64,000 nt of DNA from Trichoplax adhaerens (lineage: Eukaryota > Animalia > Placozoa), in assembly GCF_000150275.1 (NCBI RefSeq), contig NW_002060951.1, positions 2,786,580 to 2,850,579 on the forward strand. Direction: 5' to 3'. The notes beneath the pieces were generated by a model. It had not been told where the DNA came from and ran no database searches. It saw nothing but the letters and a program-made list of their open reading frames with translations. This document shows positions 15,115 to 27,339 of this stretch, one piece after another. The position numbers and the translations under genes are program-made. Each line of letters opens with the position of its first letter. The first letter of the stretch is position 1.

Positions 15115-18100
15115 ATGACATCGACGATCGTGAATGCCAAGCTAATCCCGATGACGGGTTGTAGCTCTGATATTATTGAAATTAATAAAGAAGAAATTAC
15201 CATCGGCAGATTACAAGGTATTACTATTAGACTTCATTTCAATATTTGTACGAGCAGTATCTATCGACTATCGTATGAAATGTTAGTGTATTGTAGTAAA
15301 ATACTATATAAATCGGAAGCGCGGAAAGTATCACGAGCTGGGCGTTTATATATAACGATACACTAGGCGTTCGACGACTTGACTGCATATACTTCATTAC
15401 GCGTTCACCAGACTAATGGAGTATTACAGTAACTGCTGTAACATACCGTAGATTGACTCGATCATTGGATTTGGAAATCCAGTTTAAATAAACAAGTCCA
15501 TTGCTGAAAGCGTTACGATTCCCATAATTGCTCAATGAAATTGTATGTAAATAACGATATTATTAAACTGTAGGTCGACTAAAGTTTAGTATACGAGTAT
15601 GCATAATACTGCATTAATTGATCTCCTTTTAGAGTTATACTGACCAGTGGAACGCATATGACAACTTAATAATTACGTCACCTTACTGTAACTAATTATC
15701 TGATTCCTGCTAAGTAGGCCAATTGATTATTCGATTTTATCTTGTGTACAAATTTGAATTAAAGTAGAATTGTCTTGCTAGAGTGCGATGTGAAAATCTT
15801 GAACAATCCGTTCGTCTCTAGCCAACATTGTAAGTTGGTTAAAGATCCAGATATTGGAGAAATCTGGCTTGTAGATTTAAGGTGAAGATCGGATATTTAC
15901 TTTCCTACGCTTTCTCTTATCCTGACTCTGCTATTTTTTGTAATAAGATTTCCAAAATATTAACTTTTTATATTAACGACTAAACGTGAATTTAGTCTTT
16001 TTACTTGTGCGCATATTTCTGTAGTGAAAACGTTACGGGAATCTACATATATGTGATTAATATGTACAGTAGTTGAGTAGTCCTAAAATAACTAATTGGA
16101 TGTATATCCATATATACGTGTATACTTATATATAATTAATACGTAGTGCTACCATCACATTTAGATACAGCACTGTATCCTAACATGATTTTGTATAAAT
16201 TAATATATATTTAGAGATAGCATATATCAAAAGTGTGTTCTTTACAGTATAGCTGGGAGTTGGATGCAATGAATGAGTTAGGTAGTACTTTGATGCTTAA
16301 ATAATTCAAAAAAGTTGTGTTAATACACAATTATTACTTTTTAAGTTGACTATGTCCGAAAGTAGATTAACTCTCGGTCGTTTCGGGTTGTTTATCACAA
16401 TGAAGTTCTACAAATGAGGCTTGTTTGAAATTTTCGAATTTTTTAGGGTTGCCGTATACTATGTATATAATTTCTTATTAGAACCTACTGAAGCATGTAA
16501 TTGACAATTCTCTTTTTACAACATTTTGGTATATAAATTTTAGTAAGAACGGAACAGTAGTTAACAGTAAAAAATTGCGAAAGGGACAGGTACGGTTCTA
16601 AAGTATATGGACTGTTAAATTAGAGATATTAAACTATAAATTCAAATTTTTATGTTTACGATAACGGTTCTATTTACTGTATACTTGATACTGGTAATAC
16701 TCCACTACGTTTACGTTTATAATACTAGTATATTGTAATTATTGTTCTTAGCGTGCAAAATTAACAAGTGGCGATGAAATTAAAATTGTCTTAAGATCCG
16801 ATAAACAAAACTATAGTAAGTCTGTAACTGGTGATCCTTAAATGAATTTATAAACCTATATTATGCTATGACTTGTTCCTTCTGTACGGTAGAACATTTA
16901 AGTTAATACGCCTTAGTGATGTAAGATCTAACAGACTGTTTCATAATATGATTTCGAATTAATTGTTATATGAAACTTCATAGCCATAATACTACTCATG
17001 ATATTACTTGGGTTACAGTTATCATATGCTGAATAGGTTTACGTGTACAGTAATTGAATTCGATCAGCAATCAATCATCGTTAACATTACTTTGTACAAA
17101 TTGCTGATATACTGTACTACATTATGCTAGTGAATATCCTATAGAATTAGTGTACTAGTATAGTCCGTGGATGTTGCAAATTTCTTTCTTGGTTCAATGG
17201 ACTATCGTATCGGTAATCCTTATATCGCATGTCATTAATATTCCCTAGACGTTTCTTACTTATATGAAGAGGTAAAGTCTTTTTCTGAAACTCTGGAATA
17301 CAATGATTATCTTGAAGGTTTGCTATTCAACTCGTTACTTCGGCCATCGCATAATTACTAATAAGAAATTATTTCAAGTGTTGTCAGCGTCGTTTGTTAA
17401 AGCGACATTTGAAAATTATTTTAGTTCATTTTTAAATTCATCAACTTAAAGTTTCAGCTTCTACGTAAGATTGCATTTAATTCGTGTACTGTTTAATATT
17501 GTTATAGATGAAGGCCTCGAATTTAATCCAAAGAAAAGGCTAGCAGATCAGGTTTCTAACCTTTTATACTTTAATGTTATCTATGGAGTTTAAATTCTGT
17601 ATGTGTCGATCTAAGCTGAACTAGATTACTAATTTTATGTATCTTCCATTGTTATCGTTCATTGCAGGATTTAGAAAGCAACTTAAATAAAAAAATCAAA
17701 CAGGAGGTAAAAGAAGTTTAGAATGCCTTGATAGCAGAAGTTGTTTGAAAACAGGAAATACGAGCTATTGCTTTGTTGCAGTAATCCTTTTCTTCTTAGT
17801 TTACTTCTTATGTCAGTTATGATGTCATGTTTTATAAATGTATCTCTACGCAGTCTGCAACTATTCTCTTTCGCATTAACTGCAATATTTTCATATATTA
17901 TAACATTTTTAGAGCGATGTAGCTTTACCGGAAAAGATGCTTGACGTAGATAACAGTAGAAAATTACAACCTGAGACATTAGTTCCCCAACCAGAAGTGA
18001 CTGAGGACACTACAAAAATCGCTCCAAACTCTACTCTTTCAAATGTTGGACAGGACATGTTAGAAAACTTGACTTGTGGGATCTGTCAGGTAAATCTAGT

Positions 18101-20174
18101 GAACAAATTACTCTTGTTTAAATGAAATTGTACGGAAAAACCTGATGGGTATTTTCATTAAGTTTGAATTCAATCTAATTTAGGATCTACTGCATGATTG
18201 CATTAGGTAAGCGACCACTAAATATTTTCTATCAATAAATACATATATAGTCAGGTTATTTATTCAGTGAGGTTTACCAATCCAAGCAATCGATTAAATT
18301 TTTAAAATAAAAGTATATTTAAATTTTGTAATTTTCTCTGGCCAAGTTTGCAACCGTGTTTACATTGCTTTTGTTCTGGATGTTATTCTCCGTGGATGAA
18401 TCAATCTAATAACTGTCCCGCCGTAAGTAAACATTCATCTTTAAGGCTTTACCTTTCTAATATTCCAGCACTTACAATTCGCATTATTTTTCAGTGCCGA
18501 ATTACTGTAGTTCAAATTAGTCGAAATCATATCATAAATAACTTAGTAGATGCTTACGTAAAACAATACCCTGAAAAAAAACGAAGCGATGAAGATATTG
18601 AAGATTTGAATGCAAAAAATAAAATCACGAGAGAAATGCTTGATCCGCAAAAATTTATTAAAAGAGCACGAAATCAATTTGGCTTCACATATTACGATAG
18701 CGAAGGGTCGAATGTTGAATCTTACGATGGTGATAGCTCAGATGAGGAGTAAGCGAACTTTATTCGAAATATACGTTTTCTAGCCCCTACATTTATTTAA
18801 AAATTAATTATTATTTCGCCGTTTCCCTTCGATATCTCATATTATAGCGAAAGATGTAGGCAATGTCCAGGGAGAATGTCGTACACCAGTGTAGCAGCTG
18901 ATGATGGCTGCAACAGCGTTACCATTTCCAGCAACACATCAGGTTTTACTTGTAACCTTAATACAATTCATATTTCATGCCAATGTTGCTTTGAGCTTCT
19001 GCCTGATCGAAGATCAGAACCGATATCAGATCGAAGGCCACCTGTTCAATGTAAGCAATACGTTTACTATAGCTATGGAGCGTATTGTCTCTCACTTGGA
19101 AAGAATTAATAATTTGCATCGCTTCAAACTATTCAGGCGAACACTGTTCCGGAGTTTATTGCAATATGTACTGGAGGTGCAATGGAGCTTCTTGTGTTGG
19201 ATGCCTATCTCGATTTAAGGGTATGTACAATGCGAGGATATTCTTGTTATCTGTTTTGTCGACGTAGTAGCGCAAAATAAGATGGTAATTGGTAATATAA
19301 TTATAAGCTGACTAATGACATTGCTACTCCCCTGATTACAGACAAGGAATTTAAGGAAGAATGGCTGAGAGAATTAATCAGTGGCAACGTATATGAAACT
19401 GACATCTTGATGGTAAAAAATTCGATTTAGATGATATTAAATGAAAGAGCTTTATTACAATACTTCTATCGGTTATCCTTATATCTTTAAATATCGGAAT
19501 TGCTTTTATCTAGAATTACCTAAATGACAACCATTTGACTATTTCGGATATGACAAAAACGATCTGTAGTAGACTAGCTTCGAATGAGTATTCAACAAGT
19601 AAGAGATAATTTAAGCTACTTCAATTAAATTATAGAGAGTAAGCCACGTGTTCAATATCTTTCATGGTTTGTAGTAATTGATTAATAAAGTTACTATAAT
19701 TTTTAGCCCTTGTATCAGCGAATTTTTCTATCGAGCAAGCATTATGCCATCGTTGTTCTATTTCCGCTTTGCGCCCTTTGGCTTATTGCTATCGAAATGA
19801 TATCCCGAATACTGAATTACCTGGTAGTGATTAGATATTTGAAAGATTTTTTTACTTTATGAATTAAATTTTATTGGACTTATTCAGTTTAAGAATATGT
19901 TATTGCAATTTTGATTACTGTATGCGTATAGCTGAAGTAACTCGCCGCCCTAACTGTTGGTATGGGAAAGAGTGTCGTACGCAAAAAAACAGCTTGGCAC
20001 ACGCAAGGTAACGAGATAGATGTATCACCATCTATAACACTTATATAAAGGGGTCATCTTTAAATTTTAAATTAAATTTTAAATCTTATTGGCCAAATTT
20101 AACTGTTTATCTTCATTACAATATTTTGCTATAGAAATTATAATCATATCTGCGAAAATAGGAGAGGGAAATAG
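15115..20174 (+). CDS. CHFR: E3 ubiquitin ligase CHFR (FHA, RING, Cys-rich region, PBZ), multi-exon
   Basis: FHA (ITIGR, VSSQHCKL, LVDLSKNGT); RING CGICQDLLHDCISLQPCLHCFCSGC...CPACR; HISCQCCFELLPDRR; PBZ RPNCWYGKECRTQ...HARNYNHICE; TAG at 20172-20174. Confidence 0.93.
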
Positions 20175-20399
20175 ATCGTAAACATTGAAGATCAATGTAA
20201 CTCGAAATGTCAATCCTATGATATTGTTTTGTTCTTATCTTTTTGATGAATCAGTTATTGAGTCAGCATCAATAAATTCTGACTATGGCCCGAGTTGTGG
20301 GCACGTTTTAAAATAAAATTCGAATTTCATAGTGGTTTAGTATTTAGTGAATAGCGATCATGATATAATGCACGTCATGATTCATTTAGACTGTATACG

Positions 20400-21025
20400 G
20401 TATTCTCTGTACATGAAGTCTCTACTGTTCAGTGTACTGTACACTATACAGTACTTGTACTGTACTACACGTGTACCTGCACGCGTATTAAGTCTAAATG
20501 TGCGATCCACTGTTTCGAAAACGTTCTTCGATACCATTAAAAGTCATTTAATTTAATTAATTTAAAGCATCACACGATTTTTGTACTGTACAGTACAGTA
20601 CAGTACACAGGATAATACAGTACAGTATACTGTATATCTTGTCAGCTATGTCTTACTTGAGAATAAATAAGTTGATAAGGTTTCGTATACACTGAGCTCT
20701 CTTATCATACAGTACGCTGAGGCTGTACTGTATGCGACATACTTTGCAGTTGTTATCTACAGATGTACTGTACTGCACTCAGTGCACTGTACTGTATAAA
20801 CAGTCATGGACTACTACTGTACAGTGTACAGTACAGGACAAAATGGGACGTGGAAGTGAAGTGAAGCGATGAGATGAAACAGGATAGGACATACTGCACC
20901 GTCGTTCACCAGATGTTGCAGACCTCTGCTGCATAGTACAGTACACTGCAAGGGCACGTGTATGCTACACTGTACAGAACAGTATTGGACTACGCATGTG
21001 ACACATACAGTGTATGTACAGTAGT
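20400..21025. repeat. (GTACW)n array upstream of TYW1
   Basis: Multiple tactgtacagtacagtacagtaca runs. Confidence 0.85.
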
Positions 21026-21108
21026 AGTCAATACTCACTCAATACTTATTCAACCACGAACCCGTGTTATGCAGTGCAGAAACAAGTTACGTGTTAACAT
21101 TAATCGAG

Positions 21109-24100
21109 ATGGTGGTATTGAGGACTAGCAAATTTGATCGAAGTTATTTACCGTTGATCACCATTATTTTGGTAATCTACGTATCAGGCTTTTCGGTTCT
21201 AGCGAATGATGATGAGTCCGATACAGAAACATCGGGATCTGTCCTTACTAAAGGTTCTGACTTCAAAGTGCAATTATTGTGCAGCAGTTATTGATTGATT
21301 CAACTGGCATAGATATTACGTATTTTTTGCTAGAATCACTGTCATCTCTTTCATACGCGTATACGCGCAGCATCTACTATTATTAAGATCTCAATATCTT
21401 TTCATAAACTATATAAAATAAACTACAGTAATTATTTTGAGAGAAACTTTACCCAATTTCCTTAGCAGCCAGCTAAAGGGTACAAAGTAGGTATTATTAA
21501 CCAGTGAACAGTGAACACTAAACACGTAACAGAAATTTGAAATAACCAGCATTTTATGCAACATATTGATTTTTGTTTGCAGTGATCTAATATCAGATCT
21601 TTAGATTCATGTAACGTTGGTGTGATGTTATGCCGATATAGTTAGATCATAATTTTATATCAAAATTAGTGCATACGGGTACAGAATAGTACTTTATACG
21701 CGTACGTTGCAGCATCAAGGTACGGTACATATAGATTGACACGCAACTTTTCGAGAAGGTTTTATGTTTAGCGTGTATATATACTGTACTGTATATATAT
21801 ACCGTATATCAGTAACGACAAACTACTGGTGCAATGTTATATCTAACATTCGCAATTGAAATTTTAGGTACTACTTCCTGCAGCTGGAAATTGTCAACGT
21901 GGCTCGCAGCTATATTGCTTGGGAGTGTTGCTTTAATATTTTATAAGAAGGGATTGGTATTTAATAAGATATTATTAGCTACTATGTATTTAAGCGGAGT
22001 TAACTACAAAGATCCATTCACCGTGATTTTGCTTATAACACGTACGTGTGTCTAATGATATCTTTAGATAAATGAACAAATATCTAATACTAACCAAGGT
22101 AAAGAAACTAGCATTAGGGTGTACTATGGTAGCCAGACGGGAACAGCTAAGGTACTATTACGAAGCTTAGTAACCAAATGAATATTGCATGATGCGTATC
22201 CTAAACCACATTCGAAATCAGTTCGTTTTATTACATTTATCGCTGCATTTGTTACAGCGATTTGCAGAGAGGTTGTACAGTGATCTGAAGGCCTTATTCA
22301 GTGATGAACAAGATGCACATAGAGTAACGATGAACATTTATAGCTTAAACCAGCAGGAACCCGAAGATGTAATAGCTATAAAGGTATATTGGATTCTGAT
22401 TTGAGCTATACAAGTGAGATGCACTTATGCTGTAGTACTGTAATTATAAATTTCTACATATGAGCTATACGGTGTACAGTATAGTATGGACATCATTAAT
22501 CATATAAAATAAGTTATCGACGTTAACTCTTATAGCCAAAATCTAGACAGATTTGTATCTTCCTACTGTCTACCTACACTGGTGGAGAGCCTGCTGAAAG
22601 TGCAAGATGGTTCTATACTTGGTTACAGGATACCGTATCTGATTTTAGGGTTCAGAAAACTCTATTGAGTAAATTAAATTACGCTGTATTTGGTCTTGGT
22701 AACTCAGTCTACCAAGAACATTTTAATTCGGTACAATTTTTAATTTCTTTTTAATGCTCATTTATTATTACTTACTAATGCTGCATAATCATCAAGTAGC
22801 ATAAATTGTAAGTGATAATTACGAGATAGAGTGTGATTCTATTATGGGGTTTTAATCTATAAAGGTTGCTAAGGATACTGATAGTTGGCTTCATAAATTA
22901 CATGGAAATCGAATTTTACCCCTTGGCATCGGTGATAATAACGTAGTGCAAAGTGAAAATGGAGGTGTGTTTAATATTTCATATATTTTTTTTATTTGTC
23001 TAGAACAGATAACACTATGGTATAACTGGCTACACGCCTTTAAAGTATTTCTACGGATACGACATACATTAACATGAACTGCAATAATTACGTGTATTTT
23101 AGTAACTTCATGTTATAAATACCCTCACTATATGACTGATCATTAGGCCTTGAAGAAGATTTCGTGGCTTGGAAAGGAAGGATTTTAAGAGTTCTCAACT
23201 TAGAAATTACTCCTAGTCATAAACCTGTCGATAATGAAGTCAACGTTGCCCCTTCAAAAATAAAGGTAAAAGAGAATGTAATACACGAAGGAAAGATGTC
23301 GACTCTGACATTATTTTATTACCTACGTTTTAGATCTTATATGAGAGTACAAGTGAATCTAGCGATAACAGCGAAGATGAAGAGACAATTGCAATGAAAA
23401 AAAACTCTACTATCCCGATAAAAAATGATGTCGTTGATGTCGAAGACTTAGGGGTGATGCTGAATAATTTAGGGAAGGCAAAGGTAATTCGCATATTCAG
23501 CTAAAGTTTAATATACTTCAGTATCAAATTAGGTTATGATAATCAATTAACCTAGCTTAAGCTATGATATATCTGAATGTATTTACAGTTTTTAGAAGGG
23601 AATTTAAAATTTTTTAGGCAGATAGAGAACTTGAAGTAAGCACACTACAGCGTGTCCAAGCTGGGCCAAAAACATCAATATCCTCCTTAAAGAAAGCTGA
23701 GTTAAGAGATATGGTAACCCCATCCCTAAAAGAGGCACTAAGCAAGCAAGGTAAACCTTAAATGTCATATGAATCGTACGGTGCATTTAACATCAAAGAA
23801 TCAACTTCTTCAGTTTATATTTAAAATCGTTTTTAACCGTATACGGATGACATATTGTATCATGATTAATAAAGCTGATAATTTGCGTTACGGTGCGCAA
23901 TTAAGTACTATAGATGTCGGTATTAGAGACACTTTTCACGTATGTTTCAGGATATAAAATTATCGGATCTCATTCCGGCGTTAAGCTTTGCCGCTGGACG
24001 AAGGTGTTAACAACTGAAAAACTTATTAGAAAATCTTTAGATATTTTAGTCTTCAAAATTATTATACAGTATATCGGCTCTTTCGTAATTAATTAGTTTA

Positions 24101-26185
24101 ACTTGAAGACTTCAATTGTTTTCTGCAGTCAATGTTACGAGGACGGGGTGGTTGCTATAAGCATACGTTTTATGGAATTGAGAGTCACAGATGCATGGAA
24201 ACAACGCCCAGTCTTGCTTGCGCAAATAAATGTGTTTTTTGTTGGCGTCATCACACGAACCCAGTTGGTACTGAATGGCGATGGAAAATGGATGACCCAG
24301 AAAAAATCTTTAATGAAGCACTTAAAAATCATTATGGCTTGATAAAGCAATTCAAAGGCAAGTTAGGACATTTAAGAATTCGCACTATAATTTTATTTTG
24401 TAAGCATAACGGAAAAAATCTCACGGATTTCTTAGGCGTTCCAGGGGTACAAACAGAAAGATTCAAAGAGGCCATGGAAGTTAAACATTGTGCTTTATCT
24501 TTAGTCGGTTAGTATAGAAGTAAATTTGCAGTTGCTTACATTGTAAATTAATGTTGGGCTTTCTTTCTGAAACACGGTAGGAGAGCCAATAATGTATCCA
24601 GAAATAAATAAATTTATTGAACTTCTACATGGAAAGGAAATTTCCAGTTTTCTTGTGACTAACGCACAATTTCCAAATGCTATTAGGTTAAAATCATTAC
24701 TATATTTTACTAGATGTAATGTAGTCTTATTTGATCGTCAAAGTAATACTACACGGTATCATGATTAACGAATTATAAATATTTCTGAATATATAAATAT
24801 TAATAGAGATCTTACGCCCGTAACGCAATTGTATGTGAGCGTAGATGCCAGTACTAAAGAAAGTTTGAAAAAGATTGATCGGCCGCTATTTAAAGACTTT
24901 TGGCCTCGATTTCTTAAAAGCCTTTCCGCCTTATCAGAGAAGGTTCTACAATGCGAAGGAATTGTTTCGATATGATCATTTACATTCGCAAATTTTATGA
25001 ATTTAGGGTCAACGGACAGTTTATCGATTAACTCTCGTGAAAGCGTGGAATGCTGAAGAAATTGAGGCATATGCAAATCTTGTCGGGTACGGGAATCCAG
25101 ATTTTATCGAGGTTAAGGTAAGAGGGGAGACGACAGCTGTTCTCTTATATCTTGTGACAATTTTATAGGATTATAGATCTACGTTCGGTTAGTTTAGACC
25201 TTGCATATGTCACTGTAGTAACTAGATATAACTATATTAAACAATATTTTTCATAAAAAATATTTCTTATTTACTAATAGGGAGTAACATATTGCGGCGA
25301 ATCAAAAGCTTCTAAGCTAACAATGGAAAATATTCCTTGGCATCAAGAAGTAAGATAGCTTGATTCTTTAACATCTTATTATGCTTCCTCACTATTTTGG
25401 AATGCTGTACAAATCCAAAACCTCCTGGTTTTTTAGGTTTTATCATTTACAGACAAATTAGTTGATAATCTTCCGGAATATGAAATTGCTTGCGAGCACG
25501 AGCATTCAAATTGCGTTCTGGTTGCACATAAGAAGGTAGACTACCTTGTACTGTTTAATTAATAGAGTTTTCTATATAGCAAAGCGAACATTTTGTGCTA
25601 TGGAATGTTGTATCGTGAGACATAGCACATAATTCTAAAAATTTGATAGATGATAATACGGTGTTTATGTACACAACCATCGTTTAGTTGCATATATCCA
25701 ATAATTTTAGCGTTTAAGAATTGTCCCACTCATCGAGATATATTCATAATCACATATTTGACTTTTATTTAACAGTTTAAGGTTCATGGCAGATGGCACA
25801 CTTGGATTGATTACGCGAAGTTTCATAAACTGGTTTGAGATAATAATAGTTCTTAATAACAAGTAGTCAAACATACTACTGTATTTTTATTAAAGATTCT
25901 GTGATTAGTAATAATTAGTCTGATTATATAAAGTATATATTGTCTATATTATTTCAATAGTCTTGTTTAGTCATGCTAATTCTTATTATAGTTAGAATTG
26001 TTACTAATTCTCCAATAATTTAGATTGCTGAATTTGCCTCCAATGGAGGTAAGAATTTCGACGCAAGTGATTATATGGCATTGACACCTGACTGGGCTGT
26101 TATCGGGCACCCAGCTCACGGATTTGATCCAGTGGAAACAAGATGGCATAGAAAGAAAAATAATAAAGATATTGGTGGTTGTTGA
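21109..26185 (+). CDS. TYW1: tRNA wybutosine-synthesis protein 1 (flavodoxin + radical SAM), multi-exon; the first two exons are less certain
   Basis: Flavodoxin VYYGSQTGTAK and YAVFGLGNSVY; GYKIIGSHSGVKLCRWTK; LRGRGGCYKHTFYGIESHRCME; CANKCVFC (CxxxCxxC); HCALSLVGEP; FLVTNAQFP; EVKGVTYCG; C-terminus KDIGGC*. Confidence 0.96.
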
Positions 26186-27037
26186 ATAAGTTTGTAGTGT
26201 TGTCTTTTAATCTTATTCTTAAAATCGGAAAATGTTAAATTTTTAAGGAAATAGGATGTTCAATTCATTAATGTATCTCATGTTTCGAATTATATAGGCA
26301 CTTTGCATTTATACTGAAATTTTTCTGATTTTTTGCTATTGTGTAAATACGCTTGTGCTGATAAGGGTCATACGAGTATAATATTATTCTAAGAATTTTT
26401 GTAAAGAATAATGCAACTTATAATCCCTAAATATATATCCGAAAATAGTACCAGTTAAATTGTGAAATTTTTATCTCATGAATCCTTGATTGAACAATGT
26501 ACGATAGCTATGGAGATATATACACAGCTTGACTAATTTACAGTTATATTCATGACTTGAATTTGTAGTAATCTTACGCTATAAACTAGATGCTTTTGTA
26601 TCTAATGTATAAGGATCCAGAATAGCAATGTCATTTTGGAAACTAGATGGCATCCAAAAAATTACCCTATAGCTAAAGTACGAAACTTGGAATTTTCAAT
26701 CTGTAAATGCTAATGTGGTATATATGTGCGAGATTAGAGTTGATGAATTTCATAAAGAAAATAGATGGTAAAACTAAGTAATTGGTTAATATTTTAATCG
26801 ATTTGCGTAGATAAGGATTGGATTGTATGCACAGTAGACTATTATCCATGTTTAGCATAGTGTTCTATATACCGTAAACTTATCGTATATGGGGTTAAGT
26901 ACTGTAAATTACATATGAGTATATAGGAAAATAATCATCATGTGATATAAACATAGGCTAAAGACGCAAATATAGCGCAAATATAGTGATTGTAACTAAA
27001 TCGAGTACGGTATAAAGTTACTGAACCTCGTAAAAGA

Positions 27038-27093
27038 TGTTAAATGAGCACATTATCGTAAACCGTCAGTAAAGCGACGGGAGTTTGCACTAG
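27038..27093 (+). mobile_element. Helitron-like 3' terminus remnant (copy 1)
   Basis: Near-identical to 62960-63015; GC-rich hairpin ccgtc-agtaaagc-gacgg followed by gagtttgca-CTAG|T. Confidence 0.6.
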
Positions 27094-27339
27094 TTGTATA
27101 TAAAATCAGTTCATAACATGCGGTACAATTTCGCCAAAAATTTAAATTTTAACTCATCTGTAATACAGTAACTTGACTAATAAGTACGAGAATGCTATTA
27201 GATTAATAGAACGATAGGTTTAATATTTTCAATCATCAAGTTCGATATTGTAAAGAAGATATATAAATTCGTAAGTTCTAACAGTAATGATATTAGAAGA
27301 GTAATACTAGAGTATGCTTTCTTGATAATGATCAATATT

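Noticed and set aside
26174-27093. TYW1 ends GGC-TGA, and the downstream element begins ATGA...AAA like a SECIS
   Set aside because: A terminal GC is the normal TYW1 end. The element lacks the 3' GA of the SECIS quartet and a proper helix II, and it recurs elsewhere with a Helitron-like end.
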